Below, in pieces: positions 28,501 through 42,252 of a stretch of 64,000 nucleotides of DNA. How positions within the stretch are numbered: position 1 is the first letter of the stretch; each line of letters opens with the position of its first letter. Made by a program: the position numbers and the translations under genes. The notes under the pieces were generated by a model. That model did no database searches, was not told where the DNA came from, and saw only the letters and a list, made by a program, of their open reading frames with translations. This DNA comes from Schmidtea polychroa (taxonomy: Eukaryota). Where the stretch lies: the NCBI GenBank assembly GCA_044892525.1, contig CM097885.1:33854001-33918000 (forward strand), written 5' to 3'.

Positions 28501-30803
28501 CATAGATTTTGTAAAATATTTTTTAACAATAATTTTAATAAATATTTTCTTTAAAAATGAGTGTATCTTTTTAAAGTAATGTATTTTATCGCATGTATGT
28601 ATGTTTGATTTAGTATAAAATTTGCATTTACCGTGTTTTATTAATTTTTCGACCCATTCTGGAATTCCCTTAATAAATTATCTGGTGTAATTCTTAATGA
28701 ATTTTTAATACTCGAGTGTTTGTATGCATCTTATATTATAATTTATTGATTATTTTTTATATTATAGACTATTTTTATCAATTGCAACGCGGTGTATTAT
28801 TGATACTGATCACATACATACTTCACTTCATAACACAAACATACCCGTGTCAATCGTCAAACATCAAGGTCATAGGGACATGGTTATACACCCGTTTGCA
28901 GTGAACAAACGCATCTATAATGTAAAAATAAAATCATTACGTTTATATTATATAAACATACAAACTTACCTGGGTGTTGATTTTTAGCGTTGCAATGAAC
29001 AAACGCATTAAATATAGAAAGTGAGAAAGTGATAGAAAAAATAAACTGACAAACATAAACATAAGACATTAAAAAATGCATGCATATTTTCGATATGTAG
29101 AATCGTTGTAATGAATAAACGCACTATAATAAATCATTTACAGACAATTTTAGACAATTTTTAGAAAAAAACGACCGAAAAAAACTGACGAAAATTCCGA
29201 AAAATCAACTTTGAATTGTAAAGATAATTAAGACTTTATTTCGTAAGATTTACCTTAAATTTTTAATAAATTTAATATTAGTTTTTTTAATAGAACATGA
29301 CAAAATTCGACTAATTAATGCCTTTAAAAATGTTTATTTATAGTAAAAAATATATCTGACTGACATTATTTCGAAATAATTCTAAAAAACTTCATAAAAT
29401 TTCATAAAAATCCTAAAAAAATCCTGAAATTTAATTATTTCAAAAATAATATACCAATTTAATTTCCTTAATACAAACACACCAGTTACAAATTATAATA
29501 AAAGATTCGATAAATAAAAAGGTTTTATGAGTTAATTTTTTATATACTATTGGTCAGTTTTGATCTGGTTTCTTTTCATGATGATATCGGTTAATATATA
29601 ATAGAACTTTCTTTTACAGTAAAAACTGCTATAATTGATAAAATTCAACAAAAGAATATAATAAAATTAAAGACATTTAATTTTGTAAATATTTTATATA
29701 TATTTCATTAACGTCCATTTAAAATCATTGATAAACATGAAACCAAGTTCAAATAAAAGACAAATTGTTCGATTAAATTTCAGAGTTTATTAAAATCAAT
29801 AATTATTTTCGATTAATTTCATTGGTTTATTAATTGGAAATAAAATAATTTTAGAGATATTTCAAATTATAATAATAGGGTTTATTTATTCCTAGAAGTT
29901 CGACATCTTCTTATTTATCTTTTTAAATTTTATGGTTTCGTAAATAAATTGTTGCTTCTTCAAATCTTCAAACCGCTTATGAAATTCATTTTTAATATTT
30001 TCGATTTTATACAATATTGTGAAAATGTAAATGAATTTGTATCATGTTAAACTTCTCATATGTAAAAATGTAAGTTACTGCAGTGTAGTGTTAATTTTTT
30101 GTTTTTAATTAGGATTTGTGATGTGTTGTTAATTTTGTTATCATGTACGTTAGAATTAAATATAATCAAACTATATAGTTCAATTCACTAAAGCAAATAA
30201 GTGCTATATAGAAATTACAAAAATTAAAAAATTATAAAGTATAAAAGGATAATTTCGAAGAATAACAAAATTAGCAGAAGAAAACAAACGATTCAAAAAC
30301 TAAACAGTTCAATTCCCGAATATAATTTTAAAGAATAACTGAAAATTTATCAGGAGAAAGTATACAATTTAAAAACTAAACCGTTCAATTCCTAAACATA
30401 ATTTTAAAGAATAACTGAAAAATTATTAAAAGAAAACAAACGCTTTAAAAGATAAATCATTCAGATTTTTCAGTTATATCAAAATTGATTTCCACTGTGG
30501 TCCACCCAACCTTTCCGGCAAAATAATCTAAGATACACCATAGTACGACAAAGTATTATTTTCCTTAGTTAATAAATTTGTAAATATTATTGTTAGTTAT
30601 TGTGTATCTTTTATAAACCTACATACAAACACTGCGGCTGTCCCAACACAATTTTTAAAGGAGACAGATTTCTATTATACATGAAACAAAAAAACACATA
30701 TTAGATTCCTCAATAGTTACCATTTGGAATTTTATGTGGCTTGCAAAAGAGGGAATTTATGTAGTAAAACTTAAAATGTGTTGATTATATCTTGCAAATT
30801 TTA

Positions 30804-31447
30804 TGTTGAGACTATCTTTGTGACCAGAAATATCTGCTAAAAATATTAATTTTAAAACAATTAATATATTTTGATGATTCATTTCAAAAATATATATTAT
30901 ATCTTATAAAGGTTCTTTAGGTGGTTGAAGCACAACAACCAGCGGATAATTTGTTCTTTGGACCATTCTGGGTGACAGCCGAAGCAGATACGTGGAGTCG
31001 AATGTCAAGAGAGGTTGGCTCGGCAAGAACCATTTGTCATCCCGATTTCGAAGAGTATATAAGGAAAGGGAAAATCAGAGCAAACCGGCATTTTGCCTCA
31101 GCTAGGGTTAGAAGAAAACGAGGATATGCAAAGGGAAAAGACGAATTAAGGTGTTTAGGGAAAAAGAAAATATAGAATAGGGGATACTTAGAAAGTGGAA
31201 AGGGATCAAATCAAATTGAAAAGAAAAACGTTGGTCAAGGGAAGCAAATAAAAATGTGAATATTATCTTTTGTCAAAGCATCAACACCAAGCGGAGAATC
31301 GGTCAAATTTGAACTTTGTTTATTGATTATTTATTGTTGAGAGAAATATATTTTTGTCATTCAAATATACGTTGGGTAGTTTATTTTTTTGATTTAAAGG
31401 ACACGAGGAGTCAAAGGATACCGACTTGAATTAGCAAAATCCCAACA
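30804..31447. mobile_element. Possible solo LTR
   Basis: Termini TGTTGAGACT ... AATCCCAACA (8/10 inverted match, TG...CA); purine-skewed interior; TSD not clean. Confidence 0.45.
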
Positions 31448-31717
31448 TTTTTATTTTTTATTTCATCAGCTTCATCAATGGAGCCAAAAATTAAAATATA
31501 AATCATAATAAAATATTGTAATGAAATGCCCTGGTTAATGCTCGCATATGTGTATGCACACTTCTTGTTTTTGACTGAATGCAGACACGAGTGATTTTGT
31601 GTCTGAAATTTTTATATTGAAAAATATATCCTTTTGGAAGTCTTTTTTATTTCAAATATGAATCAAATAGTTAGTGAAGTTAGTGAACATGTTAAATGGT
31701 TTAACTCAAATAATGAA

Positions 31718-32160
31718 ATTGACGATGAAGCTCAGCCTATGGAAGATCTCGTATATGGTGTACCACATACGATACCAATTTATGAAAGATTTGCTCTATC
31801 TAATTCTATTTGTAGAATTGATCTAATGAAAATTATGACAGACAGATGATACAGTTTTATAAGATATAACGAGATATTAAAGAAAAATTGAATTACATTA
31901 CTCTTGATTTTGAACAAGAAATGCAAACTGCTGTTATTCAGATGTTCAGAATCTTTGTTCCAGCAATCATTCTTGGGAAAGGAAACTGTTGGTATTCATG
32001 AGGTTCTAGGGAAATTCGTCGCAGAAAATTCGGTGCGGACAATATACCAACAGTCCTATCAAGTGATTCTACAATGTATTCTGGTATTCCTGGTCGTATG
32101 CAAAAACAAATATCACCTTTGGTTTCATCAGCATCAATGAGAATTAAACCTGCCTGTGAG
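31718..32160 (+). pseudogene. Actin pseudogene, fragmented with internal deletions
   Basis: Colinear actin peptides: IDDEAQ (GDEAQ), GVPHTIPIYERFAL, MKIMTDR*YSF, RDIKEKLNYITLDFEQEMQTA, FRCSESLFQQSFLGKETVGIHE, VLSSDSTMYSGIPGRMQKQI; stops and frameshifts, no introns evident. Confidence 0.92.
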
Positions 32161-33653
32161 CAACACAATATCAAGCTGTGTGTCACTATTTGATAACTTT
32201 TTATAAACCATTAATTTAATAAAATATAACATATAATATATATAAAAATATTAATTTAGTAATTAATAATAAATAATATATATATAAGAAATTTCTTCGA
32301 ATGATATATTTATTTTCAGTCAAAAGCACATAAAATCGGCTAGCAATAAATTTATTATTGTAGAAATATAAATATTCGGAATTTCAATATTGTTTATATA
32401 ATTATTTCAACAGATAGTAAATTAGCTGAAAAGTAACGACGGTAACGGCGTCTTTGAGCCGTTATGAAATTATGAAAATTTTAGGGCTGGAGTTAGAGGA
32501 GAAAAGCCGTATTAACAGTATGCTTTTAAATAATTCTTCAAACCAAAGAATGAATGATAATTATCTCATAATAACAAAGCAAAAATGCTAATTTATTTCG
32601 TATATTTTCGGTTGCTAATTTATTTCGTATATTTTCTGTTGTTGTGTCGTAGTATTGGATTAATGCATATTCATTGTTTAATTTTCAATTCAAATATTGT
32701 ATATATTCTTGTGAAATTATTTTTAATTTATCATTAAAATGTTTGAGCTTCTTCACTTTTGATCAGCTATTTACAATTTCGATTCTCTTCATTCTTTTAG
32801 ACTTGATCGTCACTATTAATTTGGTCAGTATGTTTTATGATTCAGTATTTTATTAAATGAATTATCAGTATAAAATAATATTTTGACCAGTGTTAATAAT
32901 TCAGAGTTAGTAATATTTCGCATATCTAGTCAATATAAATGTATTTTTACAATACAATTCTATAATTTTTTATTTTATTTATAATTAACTTTATAATTAA
33001 TTTTATTACATTAAATTATTAATTTTATTATTATTGATAATTTATTTCAAATACTAACCAATTATTTTGGCTACTTATATTTTAATTAAAATACGAATCA
33101 TTTAAGTAAACGTAATATTAATCATTTATATTATTTACTGACATTTAATTTTAAATACTGCCAAAATATATATAAAAATATACCGTATAAAAAATAAATT
33201 TGAATTTGTAACGTTTTAACATTGGAAGTCAATGTAAAAACACTTTCTGTATATAGTTTTATATAGTTATATAGTTTTATATAGTTAAACATACATGGCA
33301 ATGATTTAATTATAAGAAAGTACCACTCAAACACTCGTTTTACGATATATTTCAACAGTTTTCCTGTGATCATAAGTTAGAATATAATAACTATAGAAAT
33401 TATAGATCTTTGAATAAATGTATTAATTACATTAATTATATCAAATTTTTAATAAAAATATTTTATTCTTTAAAAATTATAATTAAAATTATAAATTACT
33501 TTTTAAATTGTAGCAATTAGAAAAAAAGAAATTTTAAAATATTGAAATTTAAAATTATTCAATTTAATAATTACTTAATTTAACAACAAAAATCCATATA
33601 TATTTAATTTATAAAAATCTATTAAAAAATATTTAAAACACAAGTATTCACTG

Positions 33654-34375
33654 CATTTTGTACGTTAATTTTTGGATCAAATGACTTTATTAATAACGCT
33701 TCACAAATTACACATTCCCAATAATTATTGAAATTTTTTAATAAAATCTTTAAAATCAGAAATAATTAGTTTTCTCTAATAGTCATTATTGTGCTCACTA
33801 ATATTGGTCAATGCATTCGATCTTTAATGTTCTCGAGCTCGAATACAGAGATGACGAGAAGTCTCTTCAATGTATGTGTCATTACACCTATTACATGTAA
33901 ATTGATAAACTAGATCAGAACACAATCCAAATGGAGATTTAAACTTATTGATAAACATATTGCGTACTTTACATGAAATTGACACAATCTGATAGTTTAA
34001 ATTTCCCACATGTTTGCTTATCTTTCTTTTATAATCTGTAAAACATTTTGGGTGCGGCATTACCTTACACTCACTATTTAATTATTTTAACTCACTCACA
34101 CCACCCGAATTATACCATATTTTCTCAAACATGGATCCTTAAGAATTTTAATTAATGTATCAACATACTCTTTTATCATAATTAATAAAAAAGATTTTAA
34201 ATTAGGATTCGTCATTAACACTCCAACCAATTTATCAATATCTTTTACTGAATTTAGAAAATTCGAAGACATAGACCATGAACGATAAATCAATCCTTTC
34301 GCCATATTTCTCTTAGGCTTGAATCCACAAAAACTTTCGGGCGAAGTATAGAGACCAGTATCAGTTGGTTTTCAT
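33654..34375 (-). mobile_element. Penelope-like element remnant (RT thumb plus GIY-YIG endonuclease)
   Basis: KPTDTGLY...KGLIYRSW, LVYQFTCNRCNDTYIEETSRHLCIRAREH, ICEALLIKSFDPKINVQ. Confidence 0.88.
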
Positions 34376-35477
34376 TAAATCTCTGTCTCATAATGATTTT
34401 AATAATAAAATTAAATTCTTTATTTTAAAATATTCAATTCTTTTCATAAATATTATCCTATGAATTAAATTTGGCTTCTTGGTGACAATGTTTCTGTCAT
34501 TCAAAAATATTATTTAGGTTTTGTGTTTGTAAAGAAAAAGTAATGTGGTTAATTAAATATATGAATGAAAATAGAGCCTGCAATAAAGCAACTCTTGAAC
34601 AATGGAATGTTTAATCATTTTTTGAGAATACAATGCGTAAATGGAAAGAAACCTAGTGATATTTCAAAAAATACTGGAACATCGTTTTGTTATTAATATT
34701 AGCTTTTCGTGTTATTACTTATTCTGTTGAACTTAAACTAAAAGAAAATAACTGAACCTGGCAGTTGGATCTAGTGACAAGGATTGCCGACCATATCTAG
34801 GGATCCATATTTTTTTAATGACAAAATGATACATATTTAAATGGGTTTCACGAATGTAAAAGACGATTAACCTAACTTCGATGTCAACAAAACTAAGAAT
34901 TTAGAATATCATTGCAAAAATAGTTGTCTAATTAAAACAAATTTCACAAATTAAAAAAAGCCGAGTGTTGACATGTGACAGTGTACACAAGTTGTATTTT
35001 ATGTTAGAACTAATTACTGTTTTCCGTTAGAAGTGTGCTACTTTTCAAAAAAGAAATCCACATTATTTATTTCAATGATTAATAAGCCAATGTAATTATT
35101 TTATTTATCAAAACAGGGGAAAATTACCGATAAAATAAATTATATAATAAATAAATGAATTATTTTATTTTGAAAAAACAGTTTTATAATCTGAAATTAA
35201 TTTTAAAAATGGTCAAGCATAATTTACTCAACGAAATTGCCTAATTGCTAATTAAGGACCTTGGATTGAGATGAAACTAAAGTACATTCTTGCTTTTACG
35301 AAATTAGGAAATATTAATGTTTTTTACTGACTAATTTTATTGAAAATAGAATTCAATTCTTTTAACTTTGTTTTAAAATAGTTTTTTGCTAAAAAGAGAC
35401 TCTAAAAAATAAGGACAAATTTCCATAATAGCACCGTTGGATTATTAATAACTGTTGTAATTAAGGTTAATCTAGAT

Positions 35478-35875
35478 CAGGGCTGGGGAACCTTTTCATT
35501 TCAAAAGGCCACACTCACTTATCTGATTTAACATAAGGCCGCAGTAAATAAAACGTTAACCCCGATAGATAAAATAGCTCAGTTTTTTTTTAAAACAAAA
35601 AAATAGCATAATTTTCCTTAAATATCAAAAAATGGCTCAATTTTTCTTAAAATCATAAAATTTCGTAATTTTGTTGAAAACCAAGGAGTATAACTACAAA
35701 TAAATAAAAAGCATGTGAAGCGGCATATGCATCATAAACATTTTTTCTCGATCGCGTAAAGTGAAACCACGCAAAAAATTACCAAAAAATAAAAAAATCG
35801 GTATTACTCAAAAGGCCGCACTAGAATAGCCAAAAGTCCGCATGCGGCCTTAAGGCCGCAGGTTCCCCACCTCTG
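35478..35875. mobile_element. Non-autonomous hAT MITE (Charlie/Buster type), 398 bp
   Basis: TIR CAGGGCTGGGGAACC / GGTTCCCCACCTCTG; perfect 8 bp TSD ATCTAGAT; GGCCGCA subterminal motifs. Confidence 0.93.
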
Positions 35876-37599
35876 ATCTAGATGTCTATAATTTTGTTGG
35901 GTTATTAATTAATAAGTAGGTTAACTTTTGATTCCTCATATTCCTTTTACAAATCAAACGACTGAAAAACAACACAATACACATTTATTGATTTTCAATA
36001 CAAATTACAGATTGTCACTATGTTTGCATTCTTCTCTCGGAAATGTGTAATTATCTTTTCTTTCTGTTCAATTAGTAGAAAGCTCGATTATAATTGTTTA
36101 TTCACCTTTTCTAACCTCGTCTGTTTAACATTTGATCCTCTTTATTCCTTTTCAAACTCTAAGTTTTGTTTAATTTTCTAATTTGATAAAAGTTTGAAAT
36201 AAAACATCTTTATTGACCATTTCTCCATAATGAATTTATCTTATAAGATTTAATATAGATTTAGATATGATTGTATACCGAGATCGTTTTCATTAAGGAC
36301 AAGATGATTATCAGTTGACAAAGATCACTAAATATTGATTGAATGTTATTTACATACTATGAATTCATTTTTAAAATTTTAAAATTCGTTTTAAAACTTT
36401 GCATTGAATTAAAAATTGAAGCAGGCTAAAATTTGCGACAAAGTAGCTGAAATTAGCTTTTTTATAAAATCCTCTGCTCTGGGATTTTTCGATTATCGAA
36501 AATATAAAAACACTGAAACCCGAGACCGAGAATTTTCAACGAGATTTCTCCATTTTTACAATTTTACTCACAAGTTTAACAAGGGTAAACTATCTATTAT
36601 AATCAAACAATGTTTTAGATACTTCATAAATAATTAATTGTTGGAAAAGTCTTAGCTCTTACTCAGTGATACATAGCTGCTAAATTTTACTATATACTGA
36701 GTTGGCGTTTGGTTCAATGAGCTTGATCAACAATCTTTCTCCATTTTCTAATATATCACAAAATAAATTAATATAAACTTTATTATATTACAACAATTAT
36801 TCTTTCAATCTCGTTGGTTTTATTTCCCAGATAGAAATGATTAATTTTATCAACAAAATTTTAATTCATGAATTAATGAGTTTTCAATTTTGTAATTACA
36901 ATTTTCTAATCTCCTTCAACAATTGAGATTATTGTATTCGTCTTTACCTTTTCATTTGTTACCTGTTTCCATTTGTTTAATTTTAATATTAATTTTTGTC
37001 ATGCTTTTTTCAATTTGTAATTAATTTATTAATTTATTAATTTGATATTTAAATTGTATTTCTGCACTCTTTAGCACAACCACAGTATTTATATTTCAGA
37101 AATAATTCTTGTTCAGATGTTAATGGGATATTTAAACTTTTATTCCATACTTTTTCTTTTGTATTATTTTGATTTACAATTTTGTTTGAATATAAAAATT
37201 ATTCTTAATTTTAAGATTTAGACATTTAGCATTTATTATATTTTAAAACTTTTCAAGTAATAATAGTCAAAGTTTAAATAAAGATTTATTTAGAAATTTC
37301 CACCCCACTAAAATTCAATAACATGATTATTAGAGGTTCGGATAATTATTGTAGGATAATGATCGTTTCAAGTCCTTATTTATACGAAAAAGACCCAACA
37401 AGTTAGAAGATTCATTCCCACTATATCTTTAAACAAATATATCCCCAACTTCAAACTAATTACAAATAAATCTGATTCAATTTTTATAAATTTTCTTGAA
37501 ATTATTTTACTTTAATTCTGATTGACGTGTGATAAATAAAATAAAATTAAAATTTGTTTTAATAATCAATAATGGCGAAAATGGCATGTGTCGTAATTA

Positions 37600-37795
37600 A
37601 TGCCGTGGTTGCCAAAAAGAGGTGCAAAGCTTTAGTAGACTCAGGGTGCTCGAAGATCTGATCTATGCAGTGATGTATCAGGAGGACACGAAATTGCGGT
37701 TGTTGTTGGGCAGGTAATATGATGCATTGGTGAAGCACTAGTTATTATTCACATAGGAGAGTCAGATTTTAAGGTAAGATCATTGCTAATGAATA
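37600..37795 (+). mobile_element. LTR retrotransposon aspartic protease remnant
   Basis: AVVAKKRCKALVDSGCSKI* carries the DSG catalytic motif. Confidence 0.55.
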
Positions 37796-39089
37796 AATGA
37801 ATAGAGATTGACAAGAACATCTTATAGTCGAAATTTTTTCATTAAATACAATATTTGCAACAAAAGGCTTAAATTATCATTTTATTATTTAATTACTATG
37901 TGTAACAATATTTCAATTTTAAAAACAACGAAATTTTTGAAATATATTTTTATTAGTGAATATGAGCAATGAAGTGACAACTCAAATCATTCCAACTGAT
38001 GTTCATGTTGCAGTGAGAGAGTGAGTATTTTTTATTATAAATAAAAATTTTAAATTAATTTCTTTATATAAGAAAAGTACCAATGCCGAAACTTCATCTT
38101 GAAGACAGCAGCTCAAATGAAGATTTCAACGAAATTTGTGACATGCTAGAAGATCTTACTGAATTGTTGGATAAAGAAGTCTCTCGAAACCCTAGATAAA
38201 AAATTGTTTTTATAAATGTATTATCCACAGATGTAATGTTATTTAACAAGATTAATTTTTGATAGTTTTTTCAATTTACTTTAAATGAAAACAAAAAAAG
38301 GGTAGCGCTGAATTAACTTCCGGATTAGTTCTGTTTAAAATTTTGAAATAAATGAGATTTTTGTTTACTGACATGACCACTGAATGGAACCTTTTCCTCG
38401 TCAATCATTATAACTTTTTAATTGATATTGTTATTTCTTCGTGCCAGAATTAAAATCATATTATTGCACTTTAGATGCTGACCATGAATTTTCGATAATA
38501 GCTTTTAATATATATTTGGATTTTGTACATTTCAAAACTCTTCAAAGAGAATAAAATTTTTAATGGTTGAGAATGACTTTTTGTTGATGTTTCTTAATAT
38601 TTCACAATAACATTAGGTTGTTCTTGAGACCTTCCTGTAACATAAGAGTAAAAATAGTTCTATGCAATTTCAATTGAGTTGATAAAATATGTATTTCAAC
38701 TTTTTCAACCGAAGTAAGAGTAAATTTTGCCAAACCGCGTAAAGGGGTAGAATTTAGTAATCTCTTTTTTATATTTAAATTTGATCAAAAATTTACGATT
38801 ACAGTATTATTCAAAGTTATAAATTTTATTTTTAGGTTTAAAAAAATACCCTTATAGTGGAACGAAAAAGTATTACATTGACTAATGAGATTCACAATTT
38901 AGTCATTAATAATACTAACTCTGCAAATAAGCCTTCGGTTATCGCTTCTTCAGTTATATTAAGCATTAGTTCAGTCAGAGATATGTTAAACAAGCAACAA
39001 GAAGGGATTGGTAGTTTCATCTGACTCAAAAGATGAAAGAAACATGGGATAGGAAAAACTCAATTCTATCCGATCTAGAAAACGTCTTG

Positions 39090-39232
39090 TTTAATACTGT
39101 TGCGTGTAACAACTAACTTTTGCAATCAGAAATGGCTTCCAAAGTAGCAGAGAAAACAGGTGCTGTTTTGTCACAGCCAACGGTGGTTCGCAAATTGAAA
39201 AAACTTAATATTACCAGAAAACGTCTCACTCA
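39090..39232 (+). mobile_element. IS630/Tc1-like transposase HTH remnant
   Basis: MASKVAEKTGAVLSQPTVVRKLKKLNITRKRLT resembles the winged-HTH/linker of IS630-Tc1 transposases. Confidence 0.5.
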
Positions 39233-41260
39233 TGTAATCAAAATAATGACTGAAATTATATTACCTATAAAATTATCACATATTAAATATTTTTAAATTA
39301 TTTTAAATCAAATATTTTCACTTATTAAGCCCAGTAGGTAAAACAGGTACACATAAGTATCTTTAATATTCAACTGGATCCAATGGCACCTCCTGAATCA
39401 TGGATAATATTTCTAATAATACATTTCAAAATTTAATTTCTTTCTCAATTTAGCTGCTTTTTACGAAACTTGATGTTTCTTGAATACTGATCCTTGAACT
39501 TCTCATTATTTTAAATCAACTTGATACATTTTATTTTTCGTTTTTATTTTAAAATATCAGTTAAGATAAACTCGCAAATTTTATTAAATTTTGATAATAA
39601 ACAAAAATCAAAATTAGTGTGATTAAAAAATCTCATTCTTTAACTATTCCATATTTTTTTAACTCTTTAATTTGATCCTCTATTTTGTCTATCAGATAGG
39701 CTGGTTTTTACCTTGAATATAATTTTTGGTTTACATGAAGTAATAATTTCATGTTTTATAATATCAGTTTTTCCTATATATATATATTTTTTCCCCATAT
39801 CGTTTTTTTCGTGTTTTCCCCATATCGTATTTTTTAACTAAGTTGGTTATTATTACTGTGTTTAAATCTCACTACTTTATCCATTAAATTTATATATTTT
39901 GCAATCTCTACATTTTTATTATCTATTTCTAATTTAATCCAGAATTCTTCTAAAAAGTTCATTACACCAGTTAGTTTAAATGAAATTTCATCAGCAACAT
40001 AAATACAATATTTTGGTATACATTTATATCCGCGCGCCCACAACCGCGCCGTTAATAACCGCGCGCTCTATATCGCGGTATTGTTTTATTTGGAGGTTTT
40101 ACAAAATTAGCAAGGAGCGTGGTTTAACTGTGTAAACCAAGTGTTAATTGTATTCATTAAATTAGCAATTATTAAATTAACATGCTTAATTTAACTTGAT
40201 CCTAACAACAATGATGGAGGTTAACCCTTAGTTGAACAAAGACATGATAAAAAATACTAACATTATTTACCATTATTTAAAAACCCTTATAGTAAACAAC
40301 GAAACGCTTCATGTTTCCCCTGATCAGTAGTACTTTAAAGGAATATTATTTTTATAATTCACATCATGGACATAGACAGACAAAACATTTATGGTACAAA
40401 TAAATAAAGTTTAATTGAATTTTAATTGAATTGAGAATACTTGGAAACGATATTGAGTTCCAAGTGAGAGGAAGTCTTCGCTTAATGTATAACGCAAATT
40501 ATAATCGACTTTTTTGGATTCATGCTATTTGAAATATATTATCAATCTCGTATTCTTTCGAAAGATTTTGATAATTTTAGACAAACTTCTCCAGATTTTT
40601 ATCACAAACCCTAAAAACTCAGACAATATTAAACTTTTAATTAAAATGTTCAGTAATTTATGTTTCAGTAAATAAGATAATTTTTTTCAGTAAAAGAGAT
40701 TATATAGTGCAAAGTAAACATTTTTTTAGTCAATATATTATCAAAAATAAACAGTAAAACAAGGCTTACGGGCAGGGGTTAGGATAATTTATTTAAAAAT
40801 TACTGAACATTTTAATCCAATTACTGAACGGTTTATCCAAAATGCTGAATATTTAAATCACACTTTTTAGATTTAAACACGGAACCATACCTTCAAATCT
40901 TTTTCGCGGACTAATCTTCCTGTATATATTGCACTGGGTATCATAAAGCTTGTACTTTATATTATATAAATGTTAGACATCCCTTAAAAAATATTTACAC
41001 CATTACTTTAAAAGTTTAAAATGCTAAAGGTAATCGGATGCACTTGTAAACAGTTTCTGTTTAGAGACTAATTTTTTAGTCTGCAGAGGTGATTATGATT
41101 TTTCATACGCCATGTTTACAAGTTTGCAGATTTTTTGTGTGAATTAGCTAATTTTCAAGTGATGTGATTTCCAGTGTACCAGGGAAAGTAAGCAATAGAG
41201 TTGAATCAACAATATTGTATACTTACCTGGCGCAAAGAGAAATCTTCGCGTCTCCTGCAC

Positions 41261-41298
41261 AGTGCCGATAAGAGCCAAAAGCTCGAAACTAGTCTGCT
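41261..41298 (+). ncRNA. Degenerate minimal type I hammerhead ribozyme motif
   Basis: AGTG-CCGATAA-GAGC caaaa GCTC-GAAAC-TA-GTC-TGCT: core CUGAUGA with 2 substitutions, perfect stem II, GAAA, palindromic ACTAGT stem III, GUC site, stem I AGTG/TGCT (two G-U pairs). Confidence 0.6.
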
Positions 41299-42083
41299 AT
41301 TGGGATTTGCACTGGATATCACAAAGCTTGTACTGTTATATTATAAGAACTTTTTTTTCCAATTTCACCACTTAATTTTTTCCATTGTATTTATTAAAAA
41401 GAGCTTCAAGACTATAAATCAGTTAATATATCGATGTTTTTGATATTCACGAAATTTCGGCACAGCCTTTTTCAAGTGAAATTCTATATTCGTTAGATAT
41501 TACGACACTGCAAAAAGTGAACTATCTCATCCAGCGTACCAGTGTAGAGTTATTATCACTAAAAACATACATTTACACCTGATGGCAAAACAATGTTGTG
41601 AGGCCATTGTTCCTCCAACCCTTCTGTCACTAAAAAGGTTATCATAAAATATGTTAAAAACATTATATTTTCGATTTTCTTCAAATAATTTTCGTTTACG
41701 ATTAATTTTTCTAAATTTGGGATCAATTAAAAATAATAATAATTAACTGCAAATTTTTTTTAAATGTAAAAAAATTTAAAAACAAACAGCAAGAATAAAA
41801 TGAATTGTAGTTATGTAGTAAAACAAATAATAAATAATATTAATAATATTAATCACATTAAAAAAATAATTTTTAGAATTTTTTTTGACTATTGAGATTA
41901 CTGAATATTTTTTTGAGCCGCATATAGTATATATATTATGTAAAATTATGGGAACCGCAGAAAGTTATTGAAAGAGCCACATGCAGCTAATGACCACGGA
42001 GCATTCAAAAAACAAAATTTATTGAAATACAAATTCTTGATTTTGTAGACAAAAAGACCTTATCACAATTATGCACTAATAAA

Positions 42084-42252
42084 TTATTTTAAATTTAATA
42101 AATGTTTTCGTTGTTGTTCTAACAATGATTCGAGATGATTTGATCTTTTTTCGGCGACTGCTAATTTTTGTTGCCACTGACTTGTTTCATTCTGATACTG
42201 ATTTTTCAATTCTGCCATATTTTCTTCTTTTCTTTTGATGGCTTCTTTAACT
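42084..42252 (-). CDS. CEP131: CEP131/AZI1 centriolar satellite protein, last coding exon
   Basis: VKEAIKRKEENMAELKNQYQ...AEKRSNHLESLLEQQRKHLLNLK* matches the CEP131 C-terminus (VK.A..RKEE....L...KRA.HLE.LLEQ.R). Confidence 0.9.

Noticed and set aside
38400..38640. Merlin/IS1016-like fragment on minus (IIENSWS)
   Set aside because: A single short motif; too decayed to support
41219..41385. Full U1 snRNA gene
   Set aside because: Only the first 13 nt and a loose TTGCAC match; no stem-loop I GATCACGAAG loop, Sm site or terminal hairpin
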